DNA of 64,000 nt from Thainema sp. GTDB taxonomy: Bacteria; Cyanobacteriota; Cyanobacteriia; Phormidesmidales; Phormidesmidaceae. Below, piece after piece: positions 63,158-64,000 of the stretch. The first letter of the stretch is position 1; every line of letters starts with the position of its first letter. The DNA is taken from positions 128,001 to 192,000 of the forward strand of contig JBQLZK010000002.1 in NCBI GenBank assembly GCA_052168235.1, written 5' to 3'. Under the pieces are notes generated by a model that did no database searches, was not told where the DNA came from, and worked only from the letters and a program-made list of their open reading frames with translations. The position numbers were made by a program, and so were the translations under genes.

Positions 63158-64000
63158 CTACACACTCGCGTAAACGTCGGCTTCGATCCGCTGCACGGTT
63201 TCCAGGGGCAAACCGAGCAGGTTGAGTAACTCCTGATAGGCTGCAGCTTCGTGGGGATTGATTTGGTTGACCAGGATGACCTGATAGGCCAAGCGCAAGG
63301 CGGCTTCACGGTCTTGATCGCTGGTCAAATTCGGTACCAGTTCATCCAGAGGAATATCGCTGGCCATATAGTCCCGCAGTTCCAGCCGCAGTTGTTCCTG
63401 ATGCTCGGCATCGTGGGCAAACTCCTGACTCAGCCGATTGAGGATCAGATTCATCTGCTCTGGCGCAAAATTCCCGTCCGACCAGGCCATCGTGGCCGCA
63501 ATTCGCAGCATAGTCATTTGTTCTGACGTAATCGAAGGCGCACTGCCCAGATACACCTCGATCACGCGCGGGTCGTTCTGCACTTGATTCATCGTGCCTT
63601 CGCACAGCACCGAACCTTGGTGCAGCACCGTCACCTGCCGCGCGATCTGTCGCACAAACTCCATATCATGCTCAATCACAATTACCGAATGGCTTTCGGC
63701 CAGGGCAATCAGCAGTTCTCCGGTCTGTTCCGTTTCTTCATCGGTCAATCCGGCCACAGGTTCATCGACGAGCAGCAAATCCGGATTCTGGGCCACCAGC
63801 ATACCGATTTCCAGCCACTGCTTCTCACCGTGGGAGAGCAGTCCCGCAGGCATATCTGCCTTGGCCGTCAAGCCAATCGTTTCCAGCAGACCGCCAATGT
63901 TGCGCCGCTCTGCCGTTGATGACTTGCCAAACAGGGTCGAAAACACACCCTTGTTGGTATTGCTGGTCAGCTCTAGGTTTTCGCGCGGTGTTAGGTTCAG
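63158..64000 (-). CDS. urtD: Urea ABC transporter ATP-binding subunit UrtD with C-terminal TerB-like domain (5' end outside the window)
   Basis: 'LNLTPRENLEL', 'LSHGEKQWLEIGML', 'DEPVAGLT', 'VIEVYLG', then about 125 extra residues. Confidence 0.9.
   Translation of the reverse strand: MNLTPRENLELTSNTNKGVFSTLFGKSSTAERRNIGGLLETIGLTAKADMPAGLLSHGEKQWLEIGMLVAQNPDLLLVDEPVAGLTDEETEQTGELLIALAESHSVIVIEHDMEFVRQIARQVTVLHQGSVLCEGTMNQVQNDPRVIEVYLGSAPSITSEQMTMLRIAATMAWSDGNFAPEQMNLILNRLSQEFAHDAEHQEQLRLELRDYMASDIPLDELVPNLTSDQDREAALRLAYQVILVNQINPHEAAAYQELLNLLGLPLETVQRIEADVYASV

Overview
This is chromosomal DNA from a cyanobacterium: the HIP1 octamer GCGATCGC is abundant, and ycf66, psb34, sasA, vipp1 and urtDE are present. 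Most of the window is housekeeping and signalling genes (mnmG, sepF, argC, sucrose-phosphate synthase, pckA, dusB, trmL, metG, purN/Q/S/H, ilvD, tenA, pepP, tRNA-Ser(GCT), several histidine kinases). The accessory stretch at about 16.9-22.1 kb is the most interesting part. It holds a small-protein gene with a structured leader that appears to be under antisense control. It also holds a run of co-oriented defence/toxin-antitoxin genes (KAP NTPase, aspartyl-protease pair, ParE remnant, internally deleted BrnT with BrnA), each unit starting just after a GTTRRRY motif, as in a decayed integron cassette array. Also notable are a triply nested REP/MITE/MITE insertion, a 90-bp TA-bounded MITE family that supplies stop codons, an orphan PhnD-like binding protein co-oriented with two hybrid kinases behind a Pho-box-like repeat, a UrtD-TerB fusion and several pseudogenes. 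No CRISPR array, transposase, integrase or reverse transcriptase is visible. All family calls come from motif recognition by eye, not database searches.
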